Below the pieces are notes generated by a model. That model was not told where the DNA came from, made no database searches, and worked only from the letters and a program-made list of their open reading frames with translations. From positions 832,798-896,797 of the forward strand of contig JADKAC010000005.1 in assembly GCA_016715425.1 (NCBI GenBank): a stretch of 64,000 nucleotides of DNA, given 5' to 3'. The position numbers and the translations under genes were made by a program. This stretch comes from Bacteroidota bacterium. GTDB taxonomy: Bacteria > Bacteroidota > Bacteroidia > Chitinophagales > BACL12. Positions 12,457 through 22,660 of this stretch are shown here, in pieces (the stretch's first letter is position 1; the number at the start of each line of letters is the position of its first letter).

Positions 12457-15400
12457 ATGGTAAGAAAATTACTCTTCGGATTACTATTACTAAATTTTTA
12501 TTCAATTTCATCCAATGCACAGTCAGCAATTTATGGTGATGAATGGATTGAATATTCACAACATTATTTTAAAATTAAAGTAACTGCCGATGGTCTATAT
12601 CGCATTTACTATCCGCAATTAAATGATGCACTTGCCGTATCGGGTTATAGTTTGGCATCTATCAATCCAAAAAATTTCCAGTTGTTTTATAGAGGACAAG
12701 AAGAATTTATTCATATAGAAGGAGAGGCTGACAATGTATTTAATGAAACCGATTACATTGAGTTTTATGGAAGATTTAATAATGGTGAAATTGATACACG
12801 ACTTTATGAAGATCCAAATTTTCAAGCGAATACATATGCAAGTATGTTCACTGATACCAGTGTATATTTTTTAACCTGGAATTTTTCTGAAAGTAATAAT
12901 CGGGTTGAAAATCTCTTTAATAATTTAGATGCATTGCCCACTGCTGAATCGCATTATCGTTTTCAGTCTTTTATGATGAATGGCACTGTGGGTGTGTTTA
13001 ATAAAAGCACAAGTTATCTTTCGTATGGAGTGCCATATCTTGAAATTTATTCATCAAAATTTGAAGAAGGTGAAGGTTATACAGAATCCAGATTTGCAAA
13101 CTCAACTCGCACAAAAACACTCACAACTACCAATGCATATTTCGGCGATGATGCGGATGCAGTTACTTTAAAAACTGTGGTTATCGGTAATAATGATGTT
13201 TCGCATCATTATACAATTACAGTAAATGGAGTTGTGATGACCGATACCAGTTACTTCGGTTTTAATATGGCGAAGTATAATTTTATTTTGGATACAATTA
13301 AAGCATCCAACACAATTGCTTTTGCTTCGCTTGGTGGTTCTACAGATTATTTGCGCAATGGATATATTGATATTAATTATGCCCGCAGTTGGGATTTTAA
13401 TAATGCATCTCGTGTCGGATTTACTCTTGCCAATTCCGCAAGTGCTACTAAATATTTTGAAGTAACAGATTTTAATGAGAGCGCTACTAATCCGGTGTTA
13501 TATGATTTAACCAATCACAAACGAATTATTGGAATCGTTGAAAGTGATATTTCTAAATTTCATTTATCTTATGATGCAAGTAATGCTGATATGTGGTTAA
13601 GCAGTCAGGATACTTTGGTTGATATTTTAAAAATAACCAGTTTAACTCCGGTTACATTTAAAGATTACAGTATTGTTGCTAATCAGGGAGATTATATTAT
13701 TATAACAAATCCGGTGTTGTATGCGGATATTGCTACGGGTGTGAATTGGGTGCAGGAGTATGCAAATTATCGTTCATCTTTTGCCGGTGGTAATTACAAT
13801 GTGTTGATAATTGATATTAATTCTTTGTATGATCAATTTGCTTATGGAGATAAAAAAAATCCATTGGCTATCAGAGATTTTTCTTTGTATGCTGCCGATA
13901 GTTTTTCTGTTGCTCCAAAATATGTATTCCTAATAGGTAAAGCAATCTCTTATGATTATAATCGCAACTCAACTACAAATAATAATAATAATCTTGTACC
14001 TACTTTCGGAACACCCGGCTCTGATATATTACTCACTTCAAGATTAGGAGAAGTGTATCCTGAAATTCCTGTGGGCAGATTAGTAACAAGAACAGGAGAT
14101 GATGTGCGCAAATATTATCAGAAAGTTGTAGAGTATGAAGCCGTGCAACAAAGCTCTATGCAAACGATTGAAAATAAAGCATGGATGAAAAATATTCTGC
14201 ACTTTGCCGGTGGATTAAGTGTGTATGAACAAACGCTGTTTAATAATTATCTGATTGCGTATAAAAATATTATTCAGGATACTTTGTATGGTGCCAATGT
14301 ATTTCAATTTAATAAAGTTAGTACCGATCCGATATATTATAGCACTGATACCTATATTGATTCATTAATTAATAGTGGTGTTTCCTTATTAACTTTTTTT
14401 GGTCATTCATCCGCCAACTCTTTTGATTTTAATATTGGTGATCCGAACAATTTGGAGAATGCAGGTAAGTATAATATTGTGTTCGGGAATGGATGTTATA
14501 CCGGTGCCGTGCATGAAACCGGAGGTACATTAAGTGAAGATTATATTCTTGCAGAAAGCAAAGGTTCTGTGGGTTTTCTTGCAGCCGCCACTTATACTTT
14601 AGCGAGCAGTTTAAATACCTATGCAAAATATTTTTATAAAGATCTTGGGATTTATAATTATGGAGATGGCATTGGAAAAATAATGCAATCGGTTACGGAT
14701 AGTATTGCGGATTATCCCAATGTGTATGATAGACTAACTGCTGAACATACTACCTTAAATGGTGATCCTGCTTTAACATTAAATACACATCAGAAACCGG
14801 ATTTTGTAATTGAAGAGCCCTCCGTAACTTTTAATCCTGAAATAGTTTCTACGGTTGATGACTCGCTACAAATACAAGTTGTTATTACCAACATCGGGCA
14901 ATCCGTGAATGCAATTATTTCCACTTCAATAAAACGCATTAATCCATTGGGAACAATTACGGAATTGAACAAAGAAATTGAAGCGCCTTATTTCAGAGAT
15001 ACACTTGTTTTTAAATTTCCAATAGACAAACTAAATGATGTCGGCATAAATGCATTTACAATTTATGTAGATAATTTATTGGCAGTGGAAGAAATGGATG
15101 AGATGAATAATGTGCTGAATATTTCAACGAATATTATTTCTGATGATGCATTGCCGGTGTATCCTTATGAGTATAGTTTAATTAACCAGGTGCCGGCTTA
15201 TCTCGCCGCTTCTACTTCAAATATTTTTGCAGATTATAAACAATACCGATTTGATATTGATACTACAGAGTTGTTTAACAGTGCTCTTAAAAAAACAAAA
15301 ACTGTTGTAAAATCCGGTGGCGTTTTATATTGGGATAATCCGAATATTACATGGATAGATAACACCGTGTATTATTGGCGAATAACTCTTGATACAATTT

Positions 15401-17496
15401 ATGATAATGATCCGATATGGAGAAAGAGTTCTTTTCTGTATAAAAATGGCCCTGAAATTGGCTGGAATCAAAGTCATTATTTTCAATATTTAAATGATAG
15501 CTATTATCAAATGTTGATGAATACAAATCGGAATTTTGCATTCGTTAATGATATAAAAAATTATCAAGTGAATACCGGTATTTATCCTGTAACCGATTGG
15601 ACAGAAGTAACGAGTTATATCAATGGAGAAGAAATCGCATTGGGTTCTTGTGCAAGCAATGGCTTTGTGATTTTTGTAATTAATCCATTAACAGGATTGC
15701 CCTGGACCACCTATGAAATAGGTGATACAGGCTTTGGACCTTATGGTGATGTGTATTGTGGTGATGATGAATTTCGTCCTGTTATTCAAATGAATACCAA
15801 TACACTTGAATCAAGAACTAATGTCTATAATCTGATGATGGATTCTGTTCCTGAAGGTTTTTATTTTTTATGTTATTCAAATAACTACGCAAAATTTAAT
15901 GAGTGGTTGGATGATACAACTGCAACAGGTGGAACAAGTTTATTCGATGCATTTTTAAGTTATGGAGCAAGTGAAATTTTAGATCTCGCAGAGTATGATG
16001 TTGATCGCTCTTATATTTTCTTTGGAAGAAAAGGTGATCCTTCTCTTGCTCAGGAAATTATTGGTGATTCAATCGGCAATAAAATTTCTTTTTCTACGGA
16101 TATCATTGGCAGATGGTATAAAGGTGATGTTACAAGTACAAAGGTGGGTCCGGCATCGCAATGGGATAAAGTGCTTTGGCAATTTACTGATCCAACAGGA
16201 GAAGCTTCTGATTCTACATTTTTAGAAATAATAGGAGAAGATTGGAATGGCAATCAAACAATGTTAGCAAATAATATTACGGCAGATGAATATGATTTAA
16301 GCAGTGTTGATCCAATTATATATCCTTATCTGCGATTAAATATGTTTTCGCAAAATGATTCATTGCGTATTCCTGCGCAAATAGATTATTGGAGAGTTGT
16401 TTATACTCCGGTTCCGGAAGCTGCATTAAATCCGGGAAGTCATTTTGTGTTTTTGCGGGATACAATTGATCAGGGACAACCCTTGCTTTTTGAAGTGTCC
16501 ATTGATAATGTGAGTGCATGGAATATGGATAGTATATTAATTAGTTATAGTGTGAGAGATAATAGTAATAATGTAATTCCCATTACTTATCCCAGACAAG
16601 ATTCGCTTTTTAAATTCAATAATATGATTACTAAAATGAGTGTGGATACCTGGGAATTACCTGCGGGAAAAGCAACATTAATTGTTGAAGTAAATCCGAA
16701 TAATGATCAACCGGAACAATATCATTTTAATAATATCGCTTACCTGCCATTTTTTATAACAGGAGATAATGCAGATCCGTTGTTGGATGTAACTTTTGAT
16801 AACGTGCATATTTTAGATGGCGATATTGTTTCTGCAAAACCTGAAATAAAAATTAATTTGAATGATGAAAATCGTTTCCTTGCATTGAATGATACATCAC
16901 TATTGGATATCTCTTTTAAATATCCTGATGGCACTGTAATGAAAATGTATTTTAATAATGGACTGATGGAATTTTTTCCGGCAGATTCCAATAATCTGGA
17001 TCAACAAAATCAAGCGGAAGTAATTGTGAAAAATATTTTTAATAAAGATGGAGTGTATGAATTATGGATTACAGCAAATGATGTTAGCGGCAATCTTGCG
17101 GGTGGTGGAATTGATTACAGAATAAGTTTTGAAGTAATTAATAAACCGATGATAAGTAATGTGCTGAATTATCCCAATCCATTTACGACACAAACACATT
17201 TTGTATTTACACTCACCGGAAATGAAGTGCCTGATTATTTTAAGATTCAAATAATGACGGTAACAGGTAGAATAATTAAAGAAATATTAAAACCTGAATT
17301 AGGTCCTATTCATATTGGAAATAATATTACTGAATACGTTTGGAATGGTACGGACAAATTTGGTGATCCGGTTGCGAACGGGTTATACTTATATAGAATA
17401 GTAGCAAAGCTGAATGGTAAAGAGCTTGATAAATATAACACAGGAACTGATCAGTATTTTAAAGCTGATTTTGGCAAAATGTATCTTGCCAGATAA
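12457..17496 (+). CDS. very large gingipain-like C25 cysteine peptidase, PorU-like (candidate T9SS sortase)
   Basis: 1679 aa with a signal peptide. A caspase-like His/Cys dyad context is present (LLTFFGHSSANSF ... NIVFGNGCYTGA). The C-terminal Ig-like/CTD segment reads NYPNPFTTQTHFVFTL...GLYLYRIVAKLNG. Adjacent to the PorV/PorQ-like gene. Confidence 0.6.
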   Translation: MVRKLLFGLLLLNFYSISSNAQSAIYGDEWIEYSQHYFKIKVTADGLYRIYYPQLNDALAVSGYSLASINPKNFQLFYRGQEEFIHIEGEADNVFNETDYIEFYGRFNNGEIDTRLYEDPNFQANTYASMFTDTSVYFLTWNFSESNNRVENLFNNLDALPTAESHYRFQSFMMNGTVGVFNKSTSYLSYGVPYLEIYSSKFEEGEGYTESRFANSTRTKTLTTTNAYFGDDADAVTLKTVVIGNNDVSHHYTITVNGVVMTDTSYFGFNMAKYNFILDTIKASNTIAFASLGGSTDYLRNGYIDINYARSWDFNNASRVGFTLANSASATKYFEVTDFNESATNPVLYDLTNHKRIIGIVESDISKFHLSYDASNADMWLSSQDTLVDILKITSLTPVTFKDYSIVANQGDYIIITNPVLYADIATGVNWVQEYANYRSSFAGGNYNVLIIDINSLYDQFAYGDKKNPLAIRDFSLYAADSFSVAPKYVFLIGKAISYDYNRNSTTNNNNNLVPTFGTPGSDILLTSRLGEVYPEIPVGRLVTRTGDDVRKYYQKVVEYEAVQQSSMQTIENKAWMKNILHFAGGLSVYEQTLFNNYLIAYKNIIQDTLYGANVFQFNKVSTDPIYYSTDTYIDSLINSGVSLLTFFGHSSANSFDFNIGDPNNLENAGKYNIVFGNGCYTGAVHETGGTLSEDYILAESKGSVGFLAAATYTLASSLNTYAKYFYKDLGIYNYGDGIGKIMQSVTDSIADYPNVYDRLTAEHTTLNGDPALTLNTHQKPDFVIEEPSVTFNPEIVSTVDDSLQIQVVITNIGQSVNAIISTSIKRINPLGTITELNKEIEAPYFRDTLVFKFPIDKLNDVGINAFTIYVDNLLAVEEMDEMNNVLNISTNIISDDALPVYPYEYSLINQVPAYLAASTSNIFADYKQYRFDIDTTELFNSALKKTKTVVKSGGVLYWDNPNITWIDNTVYYWRITLDTIYDNDPIWRKSSFLYKNGPEIGWNQSHYFQYLNDSYYQMLMNTNRNFAFVNDIKNYQVNTGIYPVTDWTEVTSYINGEEIALGSCASNGFVIFVINPLTGLPWTTYEIGDTGFGPYGDVYCGDDEFRPVIQMNTNTLESRTNVYNLMMDSVPEGFYFLCYSNNYAKFNEWLDDTTATGGTSLFDAFLSYGASEILDLAEYDVDRSYIFFGRKGDPSLAQEIIGDSIGNKISFSTDIIGRWYKGDVTSTKVGPASQWDKVLWQFTDPTGEASDSTFLEIIGEDWNGNQTMLANNITADEYDLSSVDPIIYPYLRLNMFSQNDSLRIPAQIDYWRVVYTPVPEAALNPGSHFVFLRDTIDQGQPLLFEVSIDNVSAWNMDSILISYSVRDNSNNVIPITYPRQDSLFKFNNMITKMSVDTWELPAGKATLIVEVNPNNDQPEQYHFNNIAYLPFFITGDNADPLLDVTFDNVHILDGDIVSAKPEIKINLNDENRFLALNDTSLLDISFKYPDGTVMKMYFNNGLMEFFPADSNNLDQQNQAEVIVKNIFNKDGVYELWITANDVSGNLAGGGIDYRISFEVINKPMISNVLNYPNPFTTQTHFVFTLTGNEVPDYFKIQIMTVTGRIIKEILKPELGPIHIGNNITEYVWNGTDKFGDPVANGLYLYRIVAKLNGKELDKYNTGTDQYFKADFGKMYLAR

Positions 17497-17594
17497 CGAT
17501 TTTTGAACATGGAAATACATTGAAAAGAGCGGCTAATTACCGCTATTTTCATTTTAGAAAAGGGGTGATTATAGATTGAAGTAAATAGATATTA

Positions 17595-17813
17595 TTAATT
17601 AAAGCTTAAAGAATATTCGTAGGTGTTACTGTCTTCAGGAATTGATTCTCCTCTATCATGAAGTTCTTCTATATAAAGTTCAATTGCTTCTTTTGCCATA
17701 GTAATAGCCTCATCTAAATCTTCACCATAAGTAATACAACCGGACAGTGCGGGAACAGACACAGTAAATCCACCTTCTGTTTCCTTTTGTAAATGTATTT
17801 TATAGGTGTACAT
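17595..17813 (-). CDS. hicB: HicB-family antitoxin-like protein (N-terminal HicB fold only, no DNA-binding domain)
   Basis: 72 aa. YKIHLQKETEGGFTVSVPALSGCITYGEDLDEAITMAKEAIELYIEEL is the UPF0150/HicB signature. Confidence 0.75.
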   Translation of the reverse strand: MYTYKIHLQKETEGGFTVSVPALSGCITYGEDLDEAITMAKEAIELYIEELHDRGESIPEDSNTYEYSLSFN

Positions 17814-17912
17814 ATTTTATAGTTTAATTCTCTTATTCTGTTTGCTATTATTCTTCAGAGAGTAAATGTTTTTTTAAAAATAAAAATCTAAATCCTCAAA
17901 TCAGTTCAGCGC

Positions 17913-19529
17913 TTAGTTAACTGCTATTTTCATTTTAGAAAAGGTATCATCATTTAAGCTTTCAATTGCTTTTTTATATGCATCATCATAACTATTATAA
18001 ACAATCCAAAATGCTTCGAAATCATATAAGTCACGAGCAAGACTTGCTTTTAATATCTGTGTTAATTTCATTTCACAGGTTTTATATTGTTCTTCATCAT
18101 AAGGCACTTCTTCACCTTCGGCATATTTGAAAAATTTATCCCACACTTCTTTATTCACTTCGAATTTCGAATTGAAATCAAAAGGAGTGGGGTACATAGT
18201 TTTAAATTCATTTCTATTATCATTTATATATTCCAATGCAAACTGATTTACAATTCCTTTACCAACCACTTGCGCATAATAATCAGTTGCCCAAGATGTG
18301 TCGAGTGCAATATAAATGTCGGGCATTATTCCACCACCGCCATATACAATTCTATCACCGCTTGTAAAATATTTTAATGAATCCGGAAATGCAATTAATG
18401 AATCTGCAGTTAATTCACCATCTGACAAACGATGTCCAAGTTCTTCTGCATACACATCTAAACCTTCATCATACGGTTTTTGAATACTACGACCTGATGG
18501 AGTATAATATCTGGATACAGTTAAACGGATTGCAGAACCGTCGGTCAAATTAAATGGACGTTGTACGAGTCCCTTTCCGAATGAACGTCTTCCTATTACT
18601 AATGCTCTGTCCCAATCTTGTAATGCACCTGAAACAATTTCACTTGCGGATGCAGAACCTTCATCTATTAATACAACTACTTTTCCTGTTTCCATACTGC
18701 CTACAGAAGTTGCAACTGCATCTTGCCTTGGATATGCACGACCTTCTGTATAAACAATCAGTTTACCACTTGGTAAAAATTCATCCGAAATATCTATTGC
18801 AGCATTTAAATAGCCACCACCATTTCCACGTAAATCGAAAATCAGATTTTTCATTCCTTCAGCTTTCAATTCTGTGATAGCTTGTTTAAATTCTTCTGTA
18901 GTAGTTGCTGAAAATTTACTTAATCGGATATAACCAATTTCCGGACTTATCATATACGAAGCATCAATACTATATAGTGGAATTATATCTCTGGTAATTT
19001 TAAATTCAAGATTTTTCTTTGAACCTCTTCTTGAAATTTCTACATCAACCACAGTTCCTTTTTTCCCCCGCAATCTATCCATCACTCCCTTGTTATTTAT
19101 TCCGGTGCCGGCTACATTTTCTCCATCTATCACTACAATTTTATCGCCGCTCAAGATGCCCACTTTTTCTGAAGGACCACCGGAAATTGTATTCACTACA
19201 TTAATAGTGTCTTTTAAAATATTGAATTGAATACCCACACCTTCAAAATTTCCTTCCAACGGTTCATTAGCTTGTTTTAATTCGTCTTCTGAAAAATATA
19301 CAGAGTGTGGATCTAATTGAGTGAGTACTTCATTAATTGCATCGTCAACCAACTTACCTGAATTAATATCATCCATATATTTGGATTCCAGAATATCCAT
19401 GAATCTGCTGAATTTTTGTTTCGCCTGATCGGGAGTTAATGTAGATTCTGTTGTTGTGGGTTGACTAAAGGCAAAAAAGGATATAAAAAATATCCCTGCT
19501 GTTAAACTTGATTTAAGTGCTATTTTCAT
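17913..19529 (-). CDS. S41-family C-terminal processing (tail-specific) peptidase
   Basis: A PDZ region (GILSGDKIVVIDGENV) and the catalytic region (DLRGNGGGYLNAAIDISDEF, LIDEGSASASEIVSGALQD, FGKGLVQ). Confidence 0.85.
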   Translation of the reverse strand: MKIALKSSLTAGIFFISFFAFSQPTTTESTLTPDQAKQKFSRFMDILESKYMDDINSGKLVDDAINEVLTQLDPHSVYFSEDELKQANEPLEGNFEGVGIQFNILKDTINVVNTISGGPSEKVGILSGDKIVVIDGENVAGTGINNKGVMDRLRGKKGTVVDVEISRRGSKKNLEFKITRDIIPLYSIDASYMISPEIGYIRLSKFSATTTEEFKQAITELKAEGMKNLIFDLRGNGGGYLNAAIDISDEFLPSGKLIVYTEGRAYPRQDAVATSVGSMETGKVVVLIDEGSASASEIVSGALQDWDRALVIGRRSFGKGLVQRPFNLTDGSAIRLTVSRYYTPSGRSIQKPYDEGLDVYAEELGHRLSDGELTADSLIAFPDSLKYFTSGDRIVYGGGGIMPDIYIALDTSWATDYYAQVVGKGIVNQFALEYINDNRNEFKTMYPTPFDFNSKFEVNKEVWDKFFKYAEGEEVPYDEEQYKTCEMKLTQILKASLARDLYDFEAFWIVYNSYDDAYKKAIESLNDDTFSKMKIAVN

Positions 19530-19673
19530 ATTACGTTTGTATATATCAATAAAGGTAGAAATTGATTCTTATTGTTTTAAACTTTAATCACTATCGATTA
19601 GTTTAAGATTAACATTCTTTAACTCGAAATTTATGTGCGCTGTCATTCTGATTGTATTTGATATTAAATTTTT

Positions 19674-20561
19674 ATGAAGATAATCGCAGTGTATTATATT
19701 TTGCTGGCAACTCTTCTGTTTGCAATTATGAATGTATTGATTAAGTATCTCACACATATTCCTTCTTATGAAATTGTGTTCTTTCGTTCTGTAATTTCAT
19801 TTGTAATTACACTCGGTATTTTGATGCGATTAAAAATATTTCCTTTTGGCAGAGGCAATCGTTTTTGGTTAATAGTGCGAGGTCTTGCCGGCTCTGCTGC
19901 ATTGTTATTATTCTTTTATACGTTGCAACATTTACCTTTAGCCACTGCGGTTACCATACAATATCTCTCACCCATTTTTACAATTTTGTTTGCTTCTATT
20001 CTGATAAAAGAACCGGTTCACTGGAAACAATGGATATTTTTTTTGTTAGCATTTGCAGGTGTATTTGTAATAAAAGGATTTGATCCCAGAGTTTCACTTC
20101 CACTACTTGGATTCGGAGTGTTGTCTGCAATATGTGCTGCCTTTGCATATACTGCGGTGAGAAGTGTAAGAGATAATGAACATGCATTGGTGATTATTTT
20201 TTATTTACCCCTTTCAACTCTGCCATTAATTACACCTTATACTATTATGCATTGGACAGCACCTCATGGTTTAGATTGGCTATTGTTATTTGCTGTTGGA
20301 ATACTTACACAGTCTGCGCAATATTTAATGACAAGAGCTTATCAAATTGAAAAGGTGGGCAATGTTTCGCCATTCACTTACACCGGAATAATATTCGCAA
20401 TTATTTTTGGTTCATTAATTTTTAAAGAAACATATTCCTTGCAAGTTATTCTTGGAATTGCTTTGGTGTTGACAGGTGTGCTATTGAATTTTGCTTTTGT
20501 AAATGGATATATTTCTACAAAAAAATTAAAAATATTTGTGAGAAATTTTCCAGGCTTTTAA
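19674..20561 (+). CDS. EamA/DMT-family transporter
   Basis: 295 aa with about 10 predicted hydrophobic helices arranged as two EamA-like halves. Confidence 0.7.
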   Translation: MKIIAVYYILLATLLFAIMNVLIKYLTHIPSYEIVFFRSVISFVITLGILMRLKIFPFGRGNRFWLIVRGLAGSAALLLFFYTLQHLPLATAVTIQYLSPIFTILFASILIKEPVHWKQWIFFLLAFAGVFVIKGFDPRVSLPLLGFGVLSAICAAFAYTAVRSVRDNEHALVIIFYLPLSTLPLITPYTIMHWTAPHGLDWLLLFAVGILTQSAQYLMTRAYQIEKVGNVSPFTYTGIIFAIIFGSLIFKETYSLQVILGIALVLTGVLLNFAFVNGYISTKKLKIFVRNFPGF

Positions 20562-21725
20562 TCAGTACTCCAATAATTCATTACCTGCATGAATAGTGAG
20601 TTTTTTACCGCTTTGTTCTTTGCAATAACCAATCACCTTTGCATCAATATTATAAGATTTTGAAATTGCAATTATATCATTTGCAATTGCGGGTTCTACA
20701 TATAATTCCATGCGATGTCCCATATTAAATACCTGATACATTTCCTTTAATCCCGAACCGGATTCCTGCTGAATTATTTTAAACAACAAAGGCATCTCAA
20801 ACAGATTATCTTTTACAATATGAATATCATTTACAAAATGCAATACCTTGGTTTGTCCGCCACCACTGCAATGAATAATTCCCTGAATCTGATTTTTAAA
20901 ATTTTTAATTACATCTTTCAAAACAGGTAAATATGTTCTGGTGGGTGAGAGCACAAGTTTGCCCAATGTTGTTCCTGCTTCATCAATTACATCTGTTAAT
21001 TTTCTGCTTCCTGAATACACTACATCCGCAGGTAAATTTGTATCGTAAGATTCCGGATATTTAGCAGCATAATCATTGGTAAAAATATCATGACGTGCAG
21101 ATGTTAATCCATTACTTCCTGTACCGCCATTATAAAAATCTTCATAAGTGGATTGTCCCGTTGATGATAACCCAACAATTACGCAACCTGGTGTAATATC
21201 ATTTACTATTAACTCGTTGCGTTTAATTCTTCCGAAGGCAGTAATTCCTACATCAATTGTTCTTACAATATCACCTACATCGGCAGTCTCTCCACCTGAA
21301 TGAAATAAATGAATATCTGATGCAGCCATCCGTTCAATAAAATCTTGCGTACCTCCAATAATTTCTGCAAGTATTTCTCCTGGAATCAATCCTTTATTTC
21401 TGCCAATAGTGGAGGAGATAATAATATTATCTGTAATGCCAACGCAAGCCATATCATCCACATTCATCACCAATGCATCTTGTGCAATTCCTCGCCACAC
21501 AGATATATCACCGGTTTCTTTCCAATATAAATATGCGAGTGAAGTTTTGGTGCCGGCAGTATCTGCATGCATTACATTGCAATACAATTCATCGTCGCCA
21601 ATTATATCGGGCAAAATTTTACAAAATGCATTTGAAAATAAACCTTTATCCAGCATTTGAATTGCTTTATGTACATCTTCTTTTTGTGAGGATACGCCTC
21701 TCTTTTCATATTTATTTTCCTGCAT
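20562..21725 (-). CDS. purM: AIR synthase-related protein (phosphoribosylformylglycinamidine cyclo-ligase-like)
   Basis: RGVSSQKEDVHKAI, HADTAGTKT, VNDITPGCVIVGLSSTG, HCSGGGQTK: the PurM N- and C-domain pattern of the long Bacteroidota form. Confidence 0.7.
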   Translation of the reverse strand: MQENKYEKRGVSSQKEDVHKAIQMLDKGLFSNAFCKILPDIIGDDELYCNVMHADTAGTKTSLAYLYWKETGDISVWRGIAQDALVMNVDDMACVGITDNIIISSTIGRNKGLIPGEILAEIIGGTQDFIERMAASDIHLFHSGGETADVGDIVRTIDVGITAFGRIKRNELIVNDITPGCVIVGLSSTGQSTYEDFYNGGTGSNGLTSARHDIFTNDYAAKYPESYDTNLPADVVYSGSRKLTDVIDEAGTTLGKLVLSPTRTYLPVLKDVIKNFKNQIQGIIHCSGGGQTKVLHFVNDIHIVKDNLFEMPLLFKIIQQESGSGLKEMYQVFNMGHRMELYVEPAIANDIIAISKSYNIDAKVIGYCKEQSGKKLTIHAGNELLEY

Positions 21726-21975
21726 GCCGCAAATTTAGCCAATCACATTTCGTTTATGTAAAGCTTGAATGTTATTTGATTTATTGTCACCGATATTCTA
21801 TTTAAATAATTATTCATTCCACCTATAATTGAAATAAAGTATGGATTTCTTACTTAGGAAGGAATCTTTAGAAGTCACATAACACTTTTAAGTGTCGGTT
21901 CAAACGCACCATTTTTCAAAAGGATTGTCACTTTGGCTTTCTTTAATGGTATATTTTTGAATCATTGTTTTTAAA

Positions 21976-22509
21976 ATGAGAAACACACTTCTGATATTAT
22001 CAATTGTAATTGTAGGATTTTCTTCCTGCTCAGAGCCACTAGTAGATAAGGCTGAAATAAATCCGAATTTAATTCGATATGGAAATTTCGAGAATCAAAC
22101 ATTGTCGTTGGATTTATGGTCTAATGATGGAGCAGGAGAATTTAATATTGAAGATATGGAATCTTATGAAGGAAAATTTGCAATGCATTTAAACCCTGAA
22201 AGCTGCATGCAATTATTTTACAATGAGGCAGTTTATGTAGAGAAAGAAAAATTATATGAATTATCTCTTGCAATTAAATTGGATGGTGAACAAACTAACT
22301 GTTCAGGTGGTTTAATCATGCATATTTTTCAGGGTGAGAAAACACTTCTACAATTTAATATTGATAAATCTAATGCAGAACAATGGGTGGTGAAGAAATA
22401 TTATTTCACACCAATTTCTGATGACATGCTGGAATTTGAAATTATTTCCGGTGTGCACAATACATTTCTCGACGATGTACAGTTACGTCTTGTCGGGGAA
22501 TTCAACTAA
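21976..22509 (+). CDS. hypothetical lipoprotein
   Basis: Signal peptide with a lipobox (VGFSSC). No recognisable catalytic motifs. Confidence 0.5.
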   Translation: MRNTLLILSIVIVGFSSCSEPLVDKAEINPNLIRYGNFENQTLSLDLWSNDGAGEFNIEDMESYEGKFAMHLNPESCMQLFYNEAVYVEKEKLYELSLAIKLDGEQTNCSGGLIMHIFQGEKTLLQFNIDKSNAEQWVVKKYYFTPISDDMLEFEIISGVHNTFLDDVQLRLVGEFN

Positions 22510-22535
22510 GAGGATTGCCATTCCTAATAAAGTGT

Positions 22536-22582
22536 AAGTTGCTATCGAAATCAACCCGAGGACGATAGCAACTTCTTTTTTT
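22536..22582 (+). terminator. rho-independent terminator downstream of the 21976-22509 gene
   Basis: Perfect 10-bp inverted repeat GTTGCTATCG (22538-22547) / CGATAGCAAC (22563-22572), followed by TTCTTTTTTT. Confidence 0.75.
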
Positions 22583-22660
22583 ATATTTTCTGAAGGGTAA
22601 TACTTTTATAAAATCTCTATTTTCTTGTTCGCTAAATTTGCCTCATATCTGTTTGTTGTT

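Noticed and set aside
17497-17912. A search for a hicA toxin partner next to hicB.
   Set aside because: No ORF of HicA size (about 60-80 aa) exists in either flank on either strand. The flanks are about 100 bp each and rich in stop codons.
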